A DNA stretch of 64,000 bases from contig CM052842.1 of NCBI GenBank assembly GCA_028534125.1, forward strand, positions 1,178,001 through 1,242,000. Reading direction: 5' to 3'. The notes below the pieces were generated by a model that worked only from the letters and a program-made list of their open reading frames with translations, was not told the origin of the DNA and made no database searches. The stretch is from Lama glama (taxonomy: Eukaryota). Shown here one piece after another: positions 19,718-31,901 of the stretch. The translations under genes and the position numbers were made by a program. Position 1 is the stretch's first letter, and every line of letters starts with the position of its first letter.

Positions 19718-20313
19718 TCAGTGCTTCCTCCAAGGACGGCGTTTCCGGTGGCGAATGAGACATGAGCTGTAGGCAAAGGTCTTCCCACACTCCTTACACT
19801 CGTATGGTTTCTCGCCAGTGTGGGTCTTCTGATGTTTTAGGAGATTTGAATGGCAGTTAAAGGCTTTGCCGCACTCACCGCACTTGAAGGGCTTTTCTCT
19901 GGTGTGAATTCTCTGGTGTTTGGTCACGTCAGAGCTGTGTCTGAACGTCTTCCCACACTGAGCACACTGGAAGGGCTTCTCTCCGCTGTGGACTCTCTGG
20001 TGGTGAACGTGGTCGGTCTTGTGCTTAAAGATGCGCCCACACTCGCCGCATTCTTGGGGCTTCTTCCTCTGGAAGGGAGGGAACAGGGGAACCCCTTCCA
20101 AGTCATCTTTAAACGACGCATCGAAGGCCTCAAACATGTGTTCCTCATCATCAGGACTCAGGCTGGGCTCTTTACTGTGCTTTTTAGCCAAAGTGGATCT
20201 CTGGTTTGGCCTTTTTTCTCAGACATTCTCCCTTCTTTGGGAGTGCCCTTCTGCATGCCTGCTTCTTCCTGTGGGGTCTGTGTCTTCTCTTTTTTGCCTA
20301 TGAGCCTTTCCAT
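19718..20313 (-). CDS. ZFP41: ZFP41 homolog (4 C2H2 fingers), frameshifted at 20212-20217; candidate pseudogene
   Basis: ATG 20313 gives [22 protein letters not shown] (cf. recalled human MEKPAGRKKKTPTPREEADVQK). A different frame gives [15 protein letters not shown]...[11 protein letters not shown]...AYSSCLIRH. Acceptor ttttctgtttcAG precedes 20477. Confidence 0.9.
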
Positions 20314-23149
20314 CCTTCTTGTTCCCAGGAGAGAGGAAGGACCACTAGAAGGCAGCCAGGGCCAAGGAGGATGGCCGGCAGCAAAATGCTCCAGCCTTAT
20401 GAACTTTGTAACTCTGCTTCTTCAGAAAGGTCTTGCCTTAGACACAACTCCATTTTTCCAACCTTGCAGCTGCAGCCCTGAAACAGAAAATCTGCACCAG
20501 ACAGAAGAATGTAACCAATACTGAGGCTGGAGAGAAACAAGACCATGAATGTTAGATTAAACAAGTGTTCAGGAAAGGAAAAAAAAAAAGAATGTCCATG
20601 CAGAACACAGCCATGAGCTCTCTAAGCACTGAGCCAGAGGGAAAGACGGATGGATGGATGGGCAGAGGAAGGGGAAAGGAGGTGCGGGAACTCGCCCCTT
20701 CCCTTCCCTGCTCGTGTACCCCACCTGGACATCGAATGAACCTGAGTGGACTCGAGCACTGGATTTCCCTGAACCCCCGCTGCACGACTCTTCCCAGGTT
20801 TCCTGGTCTCAGGAAATGGCATCATCGTTTACTCTGCTGTTAACCAAAGAATTCTTCCTCTGACAGGGGGCAGTGTCTTCGCTTCTGTGTCCAGTAGGCT
20901 CTGGCGCGTTCCATGGACCAGAGCCTGCTGTGTGATCCCCAAGCTGGAGTTTTCCGTGTTCGTTACTCGCTCGTTCTCCACTTCCTGTATTTGGGACCAG
21001 ACAATGGGCTTTTGAGGCTACAGGCCCTCATGGAAGGTACCGTCCATCACCCGGAGCCCAGACTCTGAGCTGGAGGAACTCGGGGTGCCCACTATCCCAT
21101 CCTCGCCGCCATCCTCCACGCAGCAGCCAGTGAACCCCTACCATGTCCCTGCCCAAGTCCCCAGTGGCTCTTCCATACTTAGAAGCCCCACACGCTGCTG
21201 CCCCTGCACCTCCTGGCCCTGGCCCATCACTCAGCACCCTCCTCCCCAATCTAGCCATCTTCAGGTTCACCACCCATTTCCAGTCTTCCTGTCTCAGCAT
21301 CCGGCTGCTCCCAGAAACAGGCCCCTGGAGCAGGTGTCCCTGGTGCTGGCTCCCCACTCATTCAGAACTCTGCTCCCAGGGTTCTTCTCTGAGAGGCCTC
21401 CCTGATCCCAGTCCCTGTTCCCTTACCCAGCTCTAGTCTTCCGTGTGGCAGTTAACTGAAGCTGATTCATCCACTGAAGGCTAAAGCCCCAGGTAACCAT
21501 CAACTGGGATCTTGCCTTAATTGTCCAAAAAGTGTGATACTCTCTGTCCCTAATCCCAGATAAAGCATTCCAGTTTTTTTTGGTTACTTTTTTTTCTTAA
21601 TTGAATTAGTTACAATGTGTCAATTTCTGGTGTACAGCACAACATCCCAGTCATAAAAGTATTCCAATGTCACCACCAACTGGAACAGGCATCAGCTGTG
21701 CTTGTAGGAGCATCACCAGCATGGCTCATGTCTCGTCTATTAAGAACCCTCATCTGCTTCTTTTTTAAAATTACTTCTTAGCTTCCTTGATCTGCCTCTT
21801 CTGTCAGTGCTAACTAGGGGAATTCCAGGATGAAGCTTTTTAACTGCTCACAAAAGAAAGCCCCATCAGATGAAGAAAGAGCACTTTTCTCTCACTGTGT
21901 TCTGAGTCCTCAAGTTATCCTTGGCAAGACTTCTCGCGGCCTGTGTTGGCTACCGAGCCCACCAGGAGGTTCATATCCTGACAGACTGCCCCACCCCCAA
22001 GTGTGGTGCTCTGCACGATAATGTTCCAAGTGACGCGTGTTTTGAGGTCTAAATCCTTCCAGTTCTCTTTAAATCAAAGGGGGTACTTGGGTTTTTGTCC
22101 ATTCTCCCATGCAGAGAGGCAGCACAAAAAATGACTGTTCTGGTTTCCCATCTTGACAAGAGTTTGAGAGTCTGGTTTCTTCTAAATGAAAATGTTCAGA
22201 TGCACCCGATTTGGATTCAGGCCAGCATCACTCTCTGAAGGCTCTACTGGAGGTAGCTTCTGGGAGGAGGCTGCTCTCACCATCAGGTGGGAGCCAGAAC
22301 TGAGGATGATGGAAGGCCATAGGGGCCGAGGGAAGCATGCAGAAATAAGGCAGCCACTCTGATAGGAAGAACAAGGGCAGAGGATCAGAGTCTCAGCCAG
22401 GCTGGAGTTTGAGCTGGGGTCTAGTTTTAGTAGTAAACCAAGAACCAAAAGGAAAAAGTGTCATCAACCCTCTAGCCTGTGGTTCCCCAGGGGAGATGTA
22501 CTCATCTTGACTCTGTGCTGACCCACTTGATGGAGGGGAGTGGTTCTTGAATCCACTGAGGTGGACACCTGCCGGCTGTGCTCCAAGCACTGTTCCCCCT
22601 ACCAGGTCTCCGGTCACTCTACGTGTGGCTTGTCACTTATGTGGCAGTCTCCCAATGAGGTGAGGGTTCTTCAGGGCAAGGATCATGCCTTTTTCATCCT
22701 TGAATCCCTAGTTACTGGGCTGAAGTCTGCACGTGCTGGTGCTCAGGCAACATTCCATATAATCGTCTTGTCTGCCCAACTCAAGCTGGGAGGTGCTTAA
22801 TGGCAGAGATTAGACATTCTCACTTCTCTAAGTCCCATGCACACCAAGGAATAAAATAATTATTAAAAACGGAGCAGACCGCAGGTCATAGTCTTGGGCC
22901 TCTCCTTACTCAGGCCTGTAGACCTGGTGACTCCTACAGCCACACAGAAACTCAACCCGCCTTTCCAGACGGGGCCCAGGCCCAAAGGCCGAGGTGTTGG
23001 CACCTGCTGCGTGGCTTCAGTGGCCACTCTCTGGGCCAGGCCTCCTGTAACATGAAGCCATGGGTACCCACCGGCAGCAGGACTCCCTGGAAATCTGTTT
23101 CCCTCAGAAGCCTGGGTCTCAGGGAGAGACTGGATTACTAGTGGGTTTG

Positions 23150-24010
23150 AGATTCGAGGGCAAACACGCACCCAAGCGGACTGCGGGCGCCGGGCCTGCC
23201 AGCGGCCCCGCAGTGGTGTCGAGGCCGAGAGAGGGGCCCTGAGCGCGCCCGCCAACGACAGAGCCTCGCCAGCCGCGCGTGCAGGGCCCGGGGACTCCTT
23301 CACTTCGATCCGCGCAGAACTGTCCTCGCGCGCCTCGCCCTCCTCCCCGCGGCGCCTGGGAGCCGAGCCCGCTGTCCTGGGCAGGGCCCCCCGAGACCCC
23401 AGAGGGACCCAGTCAGTCCCTGCCTGGAGGGCAGGGTCTCCGGGCTGGAAAGGACGCCCCCTCGCTGAGCCTCTCCGCACCTCCGCCGGCACTGCCCAGC
23501 GAAGAAGTGAGGCGTGCGCGCCCGCCGAAGAGCCCGCCCCCGGGCCCGCCCTTTCCGGTGCCGCTCCAGGAGGAGAGGCGCCCCCACCCCGGCTCCGCCC
23601 CTCAGCTGGTTTTCCCTCTTCTCGCCGGCTTCCGGTGCCCGCAGGAAGAGCCCGCCCCCAGGCCCGCCCTTTCTGGTGCCGCTCTAGGAGGCGAGGGCCC
23701 AGGCTCGGCGGTGCGCCGCGGACTCCGCCCCCCAGCCATTCCCTCCCACTCCGCTCAGGTCCCACATGGCCACTCGCCCCCGCGCCCCCGCTCCCCCGCC
23801 GCTCATCCGAGCCCCACTAACTCCCTCCGGACCCCTCCCTCACACATGCCCTTCCGTCCAGCCACCTGTCTGACTTCTTTGGAAACAGCAGGCGCTCTCT
23901 TGCCGCTCCCTCTGCCTGGGATACCTGTCTGCAGCTGTCGCTTGGCGCAAGCCCACCTCCTGCCTGCGGAGAGCTCGGCCCCTAGTGGGCCCCCGCCCGA
24001 CCGCGGACCG
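23150..24010 (-). promoter_or_regulatory. ZFP41 CpG-island promoter
   Basis: Dense CpG with many GC boxes and CCGGAA ETS motifs, 2.7 kb upstream of the ZFP41 coding exon. Confidence 0.75.
23527..23696. repeat. 52-bp direct repeat in the ZFP41 promoter (23527..23578 and 23645..23696)
   Basis: 48/52 identical; each copy has two GC boxes. Confidence 0.85.
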
Positions 24011-24014
24011 CCCT

Positions 24015-24500
24015 GTGTGTGTTAGTCTCCTGGTTACCGCAAACAGTAGCTTAAAACAACAGCTATTTGTTGTATCACGGTTCTTGCGGGACAGAAATCT
24101 AGGAGACACGTGGCTGGACCTCTGCTCAGTCCAGCAAGGCTGCAGTCATGGTGTCGGCAGGTCCTTGTTCTCAGCTGGGGGCGAAACTGCTTCCACACTT
24201 AAGTGGTTGTTGGCAGAATTCGTTTCCTGGTGGCTGTGAGATTTCTTCTGTGCTGTTGGCAGCCTGACCTTAGGTGTTAACTTAGGGAACCGCCCACAGT
24301 TCCCTGCCACATGGGCAGTTCCTCTCCATGGGCAGTTCGCAGCAGGCTGCTTGCTCCTTAAGGGCTGGCAGACAGCCTTTCTCCCCAGGCTGCTCAGATG
24401 GAGTTTTATGTAACGGAACAATGAGAGCGACCTTCTGGCACCTCTGCCGCATTTTGATAGAAGCTCGTGGGTGCTGCCTGTGCTATTGGGGGTAACACCA
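24015..24500 (-). mobile_element. MLT1-type MaLR LTR
   Basis: tgtgttagt...gcttaaaacaaca...tcacggttct, typical of antisense MLT1. Confidence 0.65.
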
Positions 24501-24946
24501 CAGCATTCTGCCTCGTCTCCGCCCCCCTAGCCCCCATCCTTCCCTACCATTTTTCATAGCAATTTCCACTTTCTATCATACTATGTAATTAACTAACTGT
24601 GTTTTTTATGTTTATCTTCCCCTCCCACGCCAGAGGATCAAGTCTTTGGGGGCACATGACCTCACTTTTTCTGTTCACTGATGTGTCCTTCCAGTTGCCT
24701 GGCATGTGGTGCACTCTCATCATGTGCTGTGTGATGAATGGGCATATGGATGGTTATCTTACCCACTCCGGGGGCCGTGATACCGCCTGGATATTGCCTT
24801 CCCCCACATATCGCAGATTCCAGCCCTTGGTGTCCCACTGTCTCCTGGACTTCACCCTCGCACAAGCTTCAGGGACTTCGATCTCAATATAGTCAAGACC
24901 AAACTCAGCTCTGCTCCCTCTTTGCTGCTACTGTCAACTTCAATAA

Positions 24947-25260
24947 TGTAATAATAGTCAGGTATTTTACCAGCAAAAGCGAGTTTATTCAGGAATAGCC
25001 AGAGGACTTGCAATTCAGGAAATGCAAACTATGGTGGGCCATGGGTAAACCCAGAAAAGAAGGAAGAGGAATTGCTTTTATAGGAGAAAGGGGGGATTTG
25101 GGAGGGGTTGGTCCCATGGATGGTGGGCGAGAGAACTCCGTCTACCAGCTGAAGAGGTCCTCCTACCTTCACCTTCTAGGGGCTTGCGGGCCTCCCTCTT
25201 CGGCCCCTTCCCCTTCCATGAGACCCTAGCAAGGAGTGTGCATTCCTGCACAGCCTGGGC
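24947..25260 (-). mobile_element. ERV-type LTR (right boundary approximate)
   Basis: Minus strand has TATAAAA (25082-25076), AATAAA (24989-24984) and ends ...ttaCA. Confidence 0.5.
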
Positions 25261-25747
25261 TTCAGGCCCCCATGTCCTACACATGTACACACACACACAC
25301 ACTCTCGCTCTCTCTCTCACAGGTATGTGATCTGATTCATTCCAGGGATTGGACCCCATGAGATTGTGGGGCCCCGAGAGTGGCTGTTTTCTCCCCGTCT
25401 GATGCTGGAGCTCCACCAGGCGGATCATCTTAGGCTGTGGGAGGGCTGAGCTGGGTCTGGACGCCTACTTCACACCCCTGGCTCGTGTCGGGGATGAGCA
25501 CTTGCACCCTCACAGTCTCAGTTTTTTTCACCTATACACTGGGGAGAGGAGCTCGACCTCAGGGTCTCTCCATGAGACCCAGGGAGACCCCGTGGGAAGC
25601 GCCAGAGGTTGCGGGGCAACCCACAGGTGCTGATGGACGCTGGTCTGTTTCGCCCTCGCTTGGCAGGACTGCTGCTTCCTTACTTAATTCCATCCTTCTG
25701 TGTCATTTGTTCCCAAACCTGCTCTTCAGAATCATCTCAGAATTCTT

Positions 25748-26450
25748 TTTTAAAATTTAATTTAATTTTTAAATTTTTTTGAGGGGAGAAGTATTAGGTC
25801 TACTTGTTTATTTATTTTCAGAGTGTTGCAGAAAAATGTATTACAGCTCAGTGTTACAGCTCAGTTGTGACATCAGGCGGGAGACCAAGCAGCACTAGGA
25901 GAGTTGGAGAACTCAGGCATATGATGCCAGCGGGTCCAGAGGAGTTAACACTCCAATCTCTGGACCCCATCTATAGGTTTACACAGGCTTTTATAGGCTG
26001 CCAGTTTATACTTTGCAACATCATATGCAAATAAAATATAATAAAAGTTGACTAACTAGGAACAAGCTTTGTAGAAATGGACCAATCAGGTGGGGGAGAA
26101 ATAACCATTTAGGAGTGAGCTTCATGCATAAAGTACTACAAATGGACCAATCAGAAGTTAGGGAAATGGACCAATCAGGAGTGAAGGAAATAACCAATCA
26201 GGAGTGAGCTCAATAGAATTTTAGGGGTAAGTTCCACTTTCCTAGAAGTAAGCAGTCTCAGAGGCAAAAAGTGAGATAAAGCCTCTGGGCCAGGGAACTG
26301 GATGGTGCTGGCAGGAGAGTAGTGGCCCTGCCTGGGGGGTCCTGCAGGTCTTTTTATGGGGCTTCCCACTTCAAGAGGAGATACTGGGAATTGAACCCAG
26401 GACCTGTGTATGCTAAGCACGTGCTCTACCACTTTAGCAACACCCTCCCC
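25748..26450 (-). mobile_element. Vic-1-like SINE interrupted by a solo LTR
   Basis: Head 26378-26450, tail 25748-25819; perfect 15-bp TSD catctcagaattctt at 25733-25747 and 26451-26465. Confidence 0.88.
25824..26373 (-). mobile_element. Solo ERV1-type LTR, 550 bp
   Basis: TG...CA termini, 4-bp TSD AGAG (25820-25823 and 26374-26377), TATAAAA on minus at 25995-25989, four CCAATCAG boxes. Confidence 0.88.
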
Positions 26451-29384
26451 CATCTCAGAATTCTTAAACAGAAGAGCCCTATTTTGTCCGGTGCTGTCCA
26501 AGAGCTGCTGAAACAGAATGCCATGGGGTTGGAACCCCTCATAGTCCAGAAGCTTCCAGTGATTCTGACCGTCAGTCAGATTTGAGCAGCCCCTGAAGGC
26601 AAGATCGCCTCGGAGCAGTGGTAGTCAGCCCGGGCTGTTCTCTTGGAACACCTACGAGCTTAAAGAAAGTGCCACTGGGACCCCTCCCAGGAGTGCTGAT
26701 TTGATGGTGGAGGCAGGGAGCCTGGCACCCATTATTGGTATTTTTTAAAAGCACTCCTTGATGATTCTTACAGGTGGCCGGGGTCCGGAACTGCTGTTCT
26801 TGAGAGCGGGTGCAGGACTACGCACACAAGAGGAGGCACACAGGAGTCGGGCCAGCAGTTCAGTCATTCTTTCAAGACTCACTGATTTCTGCCCTGTGGG
26901 CATGTTCCTCGATTGTGTGTCACACAAATTTACTTAGAAAAACGAATGTCGCCCCTCAGGCTTACAACTGATGAGGAGAGGTGGGTGTAAGTACATTTGT
27001 TCTCCAATTGCATAGCCTTTCCCGTGTTCATCTGCTTGCAGATTTACTAGGAGAGAAATCTTTAGGCGTCCCCTGAGCCAGGGCAGGGTGGGTGAGGGAA
27101 GACGCACTGCAGCCGACATTGCTATTGTCCTTCAGGTCCAACTGGGGCTGAGGCTGTGTTCTGCCTGTGTGGCTTCTTTTCCCTTGTGGCTGGAGGGTAA
27201 CACCCAGCTTGGAGCTTCATTTCCTGTAGCCACTGCATTGAAATGCAGTGGTTCTTGCTGGAGAATGTTCTGAGGTTGGAGCTTCATGGGACAGCTTGTC
27301 TCCAGGACGCACCCTCAGCTGGGCTTTCCCGCGCGCTCACACCTCTGCCCAGTACCCAGTACCCAGTTTCTTTCTGAGTAAGGGGCACCAGTCATAGCCC
27401 CTGCCCACCAATGCTCTAAGGCCGGGAGCCAGCAGCTACCCTGGTCCCATGGGTGAAGGCAGCTTTGCTCAGGTGAGCATCCTTGACACTGAAACGCCTT
27501 TCTGTGTCCCTGAGCGGCCTCCACTCTTTCACCCGCTCTCAGGTGGGAGCCCTTGATGTGTTCAGGCCTGAGGTCTTCCAGTGACATAGCCTCCCTTCTG
27601 AAGCGTTCCTGGTCAGACTGGGTGCTGAGGAATTGGTGGCCTCGCTCCGCTCCCACCACTGACCTGTCCCCACATTCACTGGCTTCTGCAAATCCCAGTG
27701 GCCACTGAAGGGTGCCACTCGGCCTTTCTGGGAATCTCTGTCCTCAGGAATGTCCTGCTTTGGGGGTCACTGTCTTGTCCTCACCCAGTTTTGTAGCCGA
27801 GAACAAGGACAGGAAACGGGACCAGGGCCATCTGCTTCCTGCGTTGGGAGAAAGGAAGTCCCAGGGAAACACTGACGAATGGAGCCTGGGGTGGGGAGGT
27901 GATCAGGGGGGTCCATGGGCTGAAGTGGGACCCCCACAGCCCCTCACCCAGCCAGCAGGCCATGGGGGCCCTGGAGAGAAGGGGACACAGCATTCTCCCT
28001 GAGCTTACTGCCAGTGCCAGGGCTGGGTGGGGACACAGGGCCTGAGGTAGCCCCGGGGGGTGGTTTCCTGGTGGGGTTGATGTGGCAGCCGGGGACAGGG
28101 TCCCTCAACCCAATGGGCTTGCTTGTCCTCTTCCCACTGGGGCTGCTGGTGGGGGAGGGGGCACAGGGACATTGAAGGGAGCAGGGCATGTGGGGCCACC
28201 AGTGCTGGGAAGAGAGACAGAAGCCTGCCTCCAAAGACCAAGAGCAGGGGCCCAGGGACACCCCCCCAGGACAGCTCCAGGGGTCAGAGCAGGAACCATC
28301 GCTCTCAGCATCGGCAGAGCACCAGTGACTGGCACCCAGCACCCAGCACCCAGCCAGCCTCTGCAGGCTCCTAGGAGATGGGCTCTCTGTTTCTCCAGTT
28401 TCCTGGGAGAGAGAATGGAACACAGAGAGGCTAAGGGCTTCCCCAGATCCCTCAGCCAGGAGGGGGCCACTTCAAACTGGAGGCCTACTGGGCATCTCAG
28501 CCTGGGTGATTTTCAGGTCCCTTTCTAGTCTCTGGGTCCCCACGTCATACTGGAAGGTCCAGGGGCCTCAACAGCATTGGAGCCGCAGGGCAGAGTGCTG
28601 ACCGCGGGCCACCAGGCTCCAGCAGTTTCCAGCATCAGACCCTTGAGGAGTGCCATCTGAGGGGCAGGCACCTCTCACAAGCGCTGTGCCGATCTGAAGC
28701 CCATCTCCAGACTCATGCAGAGGATGGCACATTCACTACTTTGATGATGGAAAGTTGGGCCAGGCTCTGTCACTCATGAATGCCACAGCATCCCCGAGGT
28801 GAAGGCCACGTGCAGGGCTGGGGCGGGGACGAGCGGGGAGTGTTGGGGTGAGGGGCTGCCGCAGACCTCCGTGTTGGGGGCGGGGACTCTCAGTGGGAGT
28901 GTACATGGGACCTGACGCAGTGGCAGTACAACCTCACTGGTGGGAGGTGAGCTTAAGCCAAGTCACCACAGAAACCATGCCCTCTGCGGGGCAGGGACAG
29001 CCGGGTGGGGTGGGGGCCGTCTCAGGTGGGCAGAGGCCTGTCTCCGCTTACAGGAAGGTCCGCATGCAGGATCTGGTGCTCTGAGCTTGGCAGCCGCTGC
29101 TACAGAACTTGAGGGGGGACACGGGCACCCTGTCAAACAGGTGGGCAGAGTTTTGAGGAGGCCAGCAGGAGCAGGTGCTCATGAGGGCCACAGGCAGGGC
29201 CCGGTGCTGGTGAGCTCCACGTGCTCCAGCCCTCCCACCTCTGCCTGCAAGGCCCCCCAGGGCCAGGCCCTCTCCGCCAGGCCCCTGCCCTTCCTCCTGA
29301 ATCCTGGCAAATACCTCCTTTACACTCAGTTCAGGGCTGCTGCCCACCTCTGTGCCCCACAGAGCAAGCCCTGTCTCAGCCCAT

Positions 29385-29765
29385 CGTGATGGGCTGAATC
29401 GTGTCCCCTGGATTCATCGGCTGAAGTCCTAACCACAGGAGCTCAGAAGGGGGCCATGTTTGGAGGTGGGGTCTTTAAAGAGGTGATTAAGGGACGTTAG
29501 GGTGGCCCCAATCAGTCTGATTCATGCCCTTATACAAGGAGGAGATGAGGACACGGACACACACTGAGGGACGACCACCTGAGGACATGGGGAGGAGACG
29601 GCTGTCCACTCACCCGGGAGAGAGGCCACAGGAGCAACCAGCCCTGCCCCCACCTGGGGCTCAGACTTCCGGCCTCTGGACTGGGAGAAGCTGCATTCCT
29701 GTCGTGTAACCCCCCAGGCCGTGGGGCTTGGGCACTTCTCAGCGGGGTGGAGTTGGGCACCAGCG
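29385..29765 (+). mobile_element. MLT1A/B-type MaLR LTR
   Basis: tgatgggctgaatcgtgtcccc...ggtctttaaagaggtgattaag...gacttccggcctc. Confidence 0.75.
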
Positions 29766-31314
29766 GACATCAGGGCCTTCTGGGGGAGGAATGCAGATTT
29801 GAGTGGTCCCCAGGCAGAGACTGATCAAGGCCCTGAGGGTGGATACTTCGGAGAAGCAAGGTTTGAGGAGGGGCACGAGGCAGTGGGTGCTTTCCAACAA
29901 GCTTCTGAGCCCCTGGCTTGAATGTCGGAGTGAGAGAGCCTGAGGTCCTGTGGGGGTGGGGGCCCACGGCTGCACCAGGACCACTGTGCTTCCCGGGAGC
30001 TGCTGGGATGCCAGCTGGGAGGGAGGGAGGCAGGGAGCGAGACCTGGCCAGGGTGTGGTGTGGTGTGGCCTGCAGCCCATCTCAGAGCTTTCTGGGGAAG
30101 AGACGACGAGGAACAGAGGCAGGGATGCGGGCTCCAGGAGAGCGGGCTTCTGATCTGCCCCTCCTGGTGGTGCACAGAGGGCACAGTAAGTCCAGTGGGT
30201 AAGAGCCCGCTAGGGAGAAGCCCGGTTCCCCAGACGCCCGTTTCCAAGGCAGCCCTCCGAGGGTGAGTGCTGGCTGGCTTTTGCCGCCGCTGGTCCCCAG
30301 GAGGGGAGTGATGATGCACCTGGTGGCCCTGGGGAGAGTCTGTTCTCCTCCACCTCCCTCACTGTGTCCCTGCCCCGGCCTGGGCTCCACACCCTTACTT
30401 TCTTGTCTGTGGGGACGTCGAATCCCACGAGTCTCTGTGCCTGTGTCCTCAGCTGCTCCGAGCTCGAGGGGAAGGAATTGGGCTTAGAATTTGTCCCACG
30501 AGTTGGGGTCAGGTACCACAGTCGGCTCCGTGACAGCAGTGGTCAGCATATGAGACCAGGCAGAGGAAAGGGCTGTGTGTGTGCGCGTGCCTCCCTCGAG
30601 AATGTTCATGGCCCAGGCAGCTCGGTGGCCTCAGGCTGAGGGTCACCGGAGAGTCCTGGACACAGGCCGGCCATGCCCACAGCAGCAGCATGGGGCAGGC
30701 TGGCCACCATAGATGGCCTGTCTTTCTCTCCTTCCTTCACTGGCTGATCATATATTCAATATTGAAAGTCCCAAATCTCCAGGAGTCTGAATCTAGTAAC
30801 CAGCGAAGGACCTGGCGTCTGAATCTTGTCTGGATGGTGGGAGTGTGGCTAGGAGCCAAGCAGCGGCCAGCGATCATGCCTGACTTCCAGGCTGTGCCCA
30901 GTGACTAGGACTACCCCTCCTGCTGGGCCGCAGAACTGGGTCCAAGCCCAGCACACAGGTGTCTGGTGGGGTCTGATGTTGGAGGATATGCTCAGTTCAG
31001 TGATGGTCCCCCAAATATCCAGGTCCTCATCGCCGGAACCTTGGAATGTACGACCTCACATGGCAGAAGGGACACAGCAGATGTGATGAATCTCGGCTCT
31101 TGAGATGGAGATCGCTCTTGATTCTCTGGTGGGACCAGTGTCACCACAAGGGTCCTCATAGGATCAGCAGGTGGAGGGAGATTTGAGACAGACAGTGATG
31201 AGGAAATCACAGGTTGGAGAGATGCGCTTTGAAGAAGGAGGAGGGGCCACGAGCCAGGAATGCAGCCTGCTTCCAGAAGCTGGGAAGACAAGGAAACATT
31301 CTCTCCCGGAGCTT

Positions 31315-31901
31315 CTGTACCAGGGCGGCAGACAGGAGCAAAAGGACACGCAGAGATACACATGGAGCAGGAGACCGACTGCAGGTTCACATGTCACGGA
31401 GGCCGAGAAGCCCCCCAGCCTGCTCTCTGTGAGCTGGAGAACAGGAAGGCCAGGGGTGTGATTCCCTCTGAGTTCAGAGGCCCAGGAGCCAGGAGAGGGA
31501 GGACAACCCAGCTCAGGAAGAGAGAGCAACGGGACAGCGGCGGGTATAGCTCAGTGGTAGAGCGCGCGCTTAGCATCCGTGAGGTCCTGGGTTCAATCCC
31601 CACCGCCTTTTAATTTTATCAAAATAAATAAATGAATAAACAAACCTAATTACCACTCCCACACCAAAGTAGTACAAAACAAAAAAACAATGAAAAAAAT
31701 TTTTAAAAAAAGAAGAGAGAATAAATTTGCCCTTCCTGCCTTTCTCTTGCCTGGGCCGCGTTGGGGTGATTTCCTCTCAGGCCGTCCATTCAAATGTCAA
31801 GCTTTTCTGGGAACACTGTTACAGACGCGCCAGCAATAAGGTTTTGCAAGCTCCGTGGGCATCCCTTAGCCCAGTCCAGCTGCGCATAAAACTGACCATC
31901 A
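31315..31901 (-). mobile_element. MLT2 (ERVL) LTR
   Basis: ggaggccgagaagccc...gctggagaac...cccagtccagctg...aactgaccatcaca. Confidence 0.7.
31535..31711 (+). mobile_element. tRNA-Ala-derived SINE (Vic-1-like)
   Basis: gggtatagctcagtggtagagcg...cttagcat...gggttcaatcccc (A and B boxes), then aaataaa...cctaattacc body and A-rich tail. Confidence 0.88.

Noticed and set aside
26070-26210. Regularly spaced repeats reminiscent of a CRISPR array
   Set aside because: Mammalian DNA; these are CCAAT enhancer repeats within an LTR, without unique spacers.
28700-28800. Tetraspanin-like CCG motif on the minus strand (GCCGIH)
   Set aside because: Immediately followed by a stop, with no transmembrane segments nearby.
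31541-31612. tRNA-Ala(AGC)-like sequence
   Set aside because: Acceptor stem is broken, it is followed by a SINE body and A-rich tail, and two more copies with TSDs occur in the window. It is a SINE head, not a tRNA gene.
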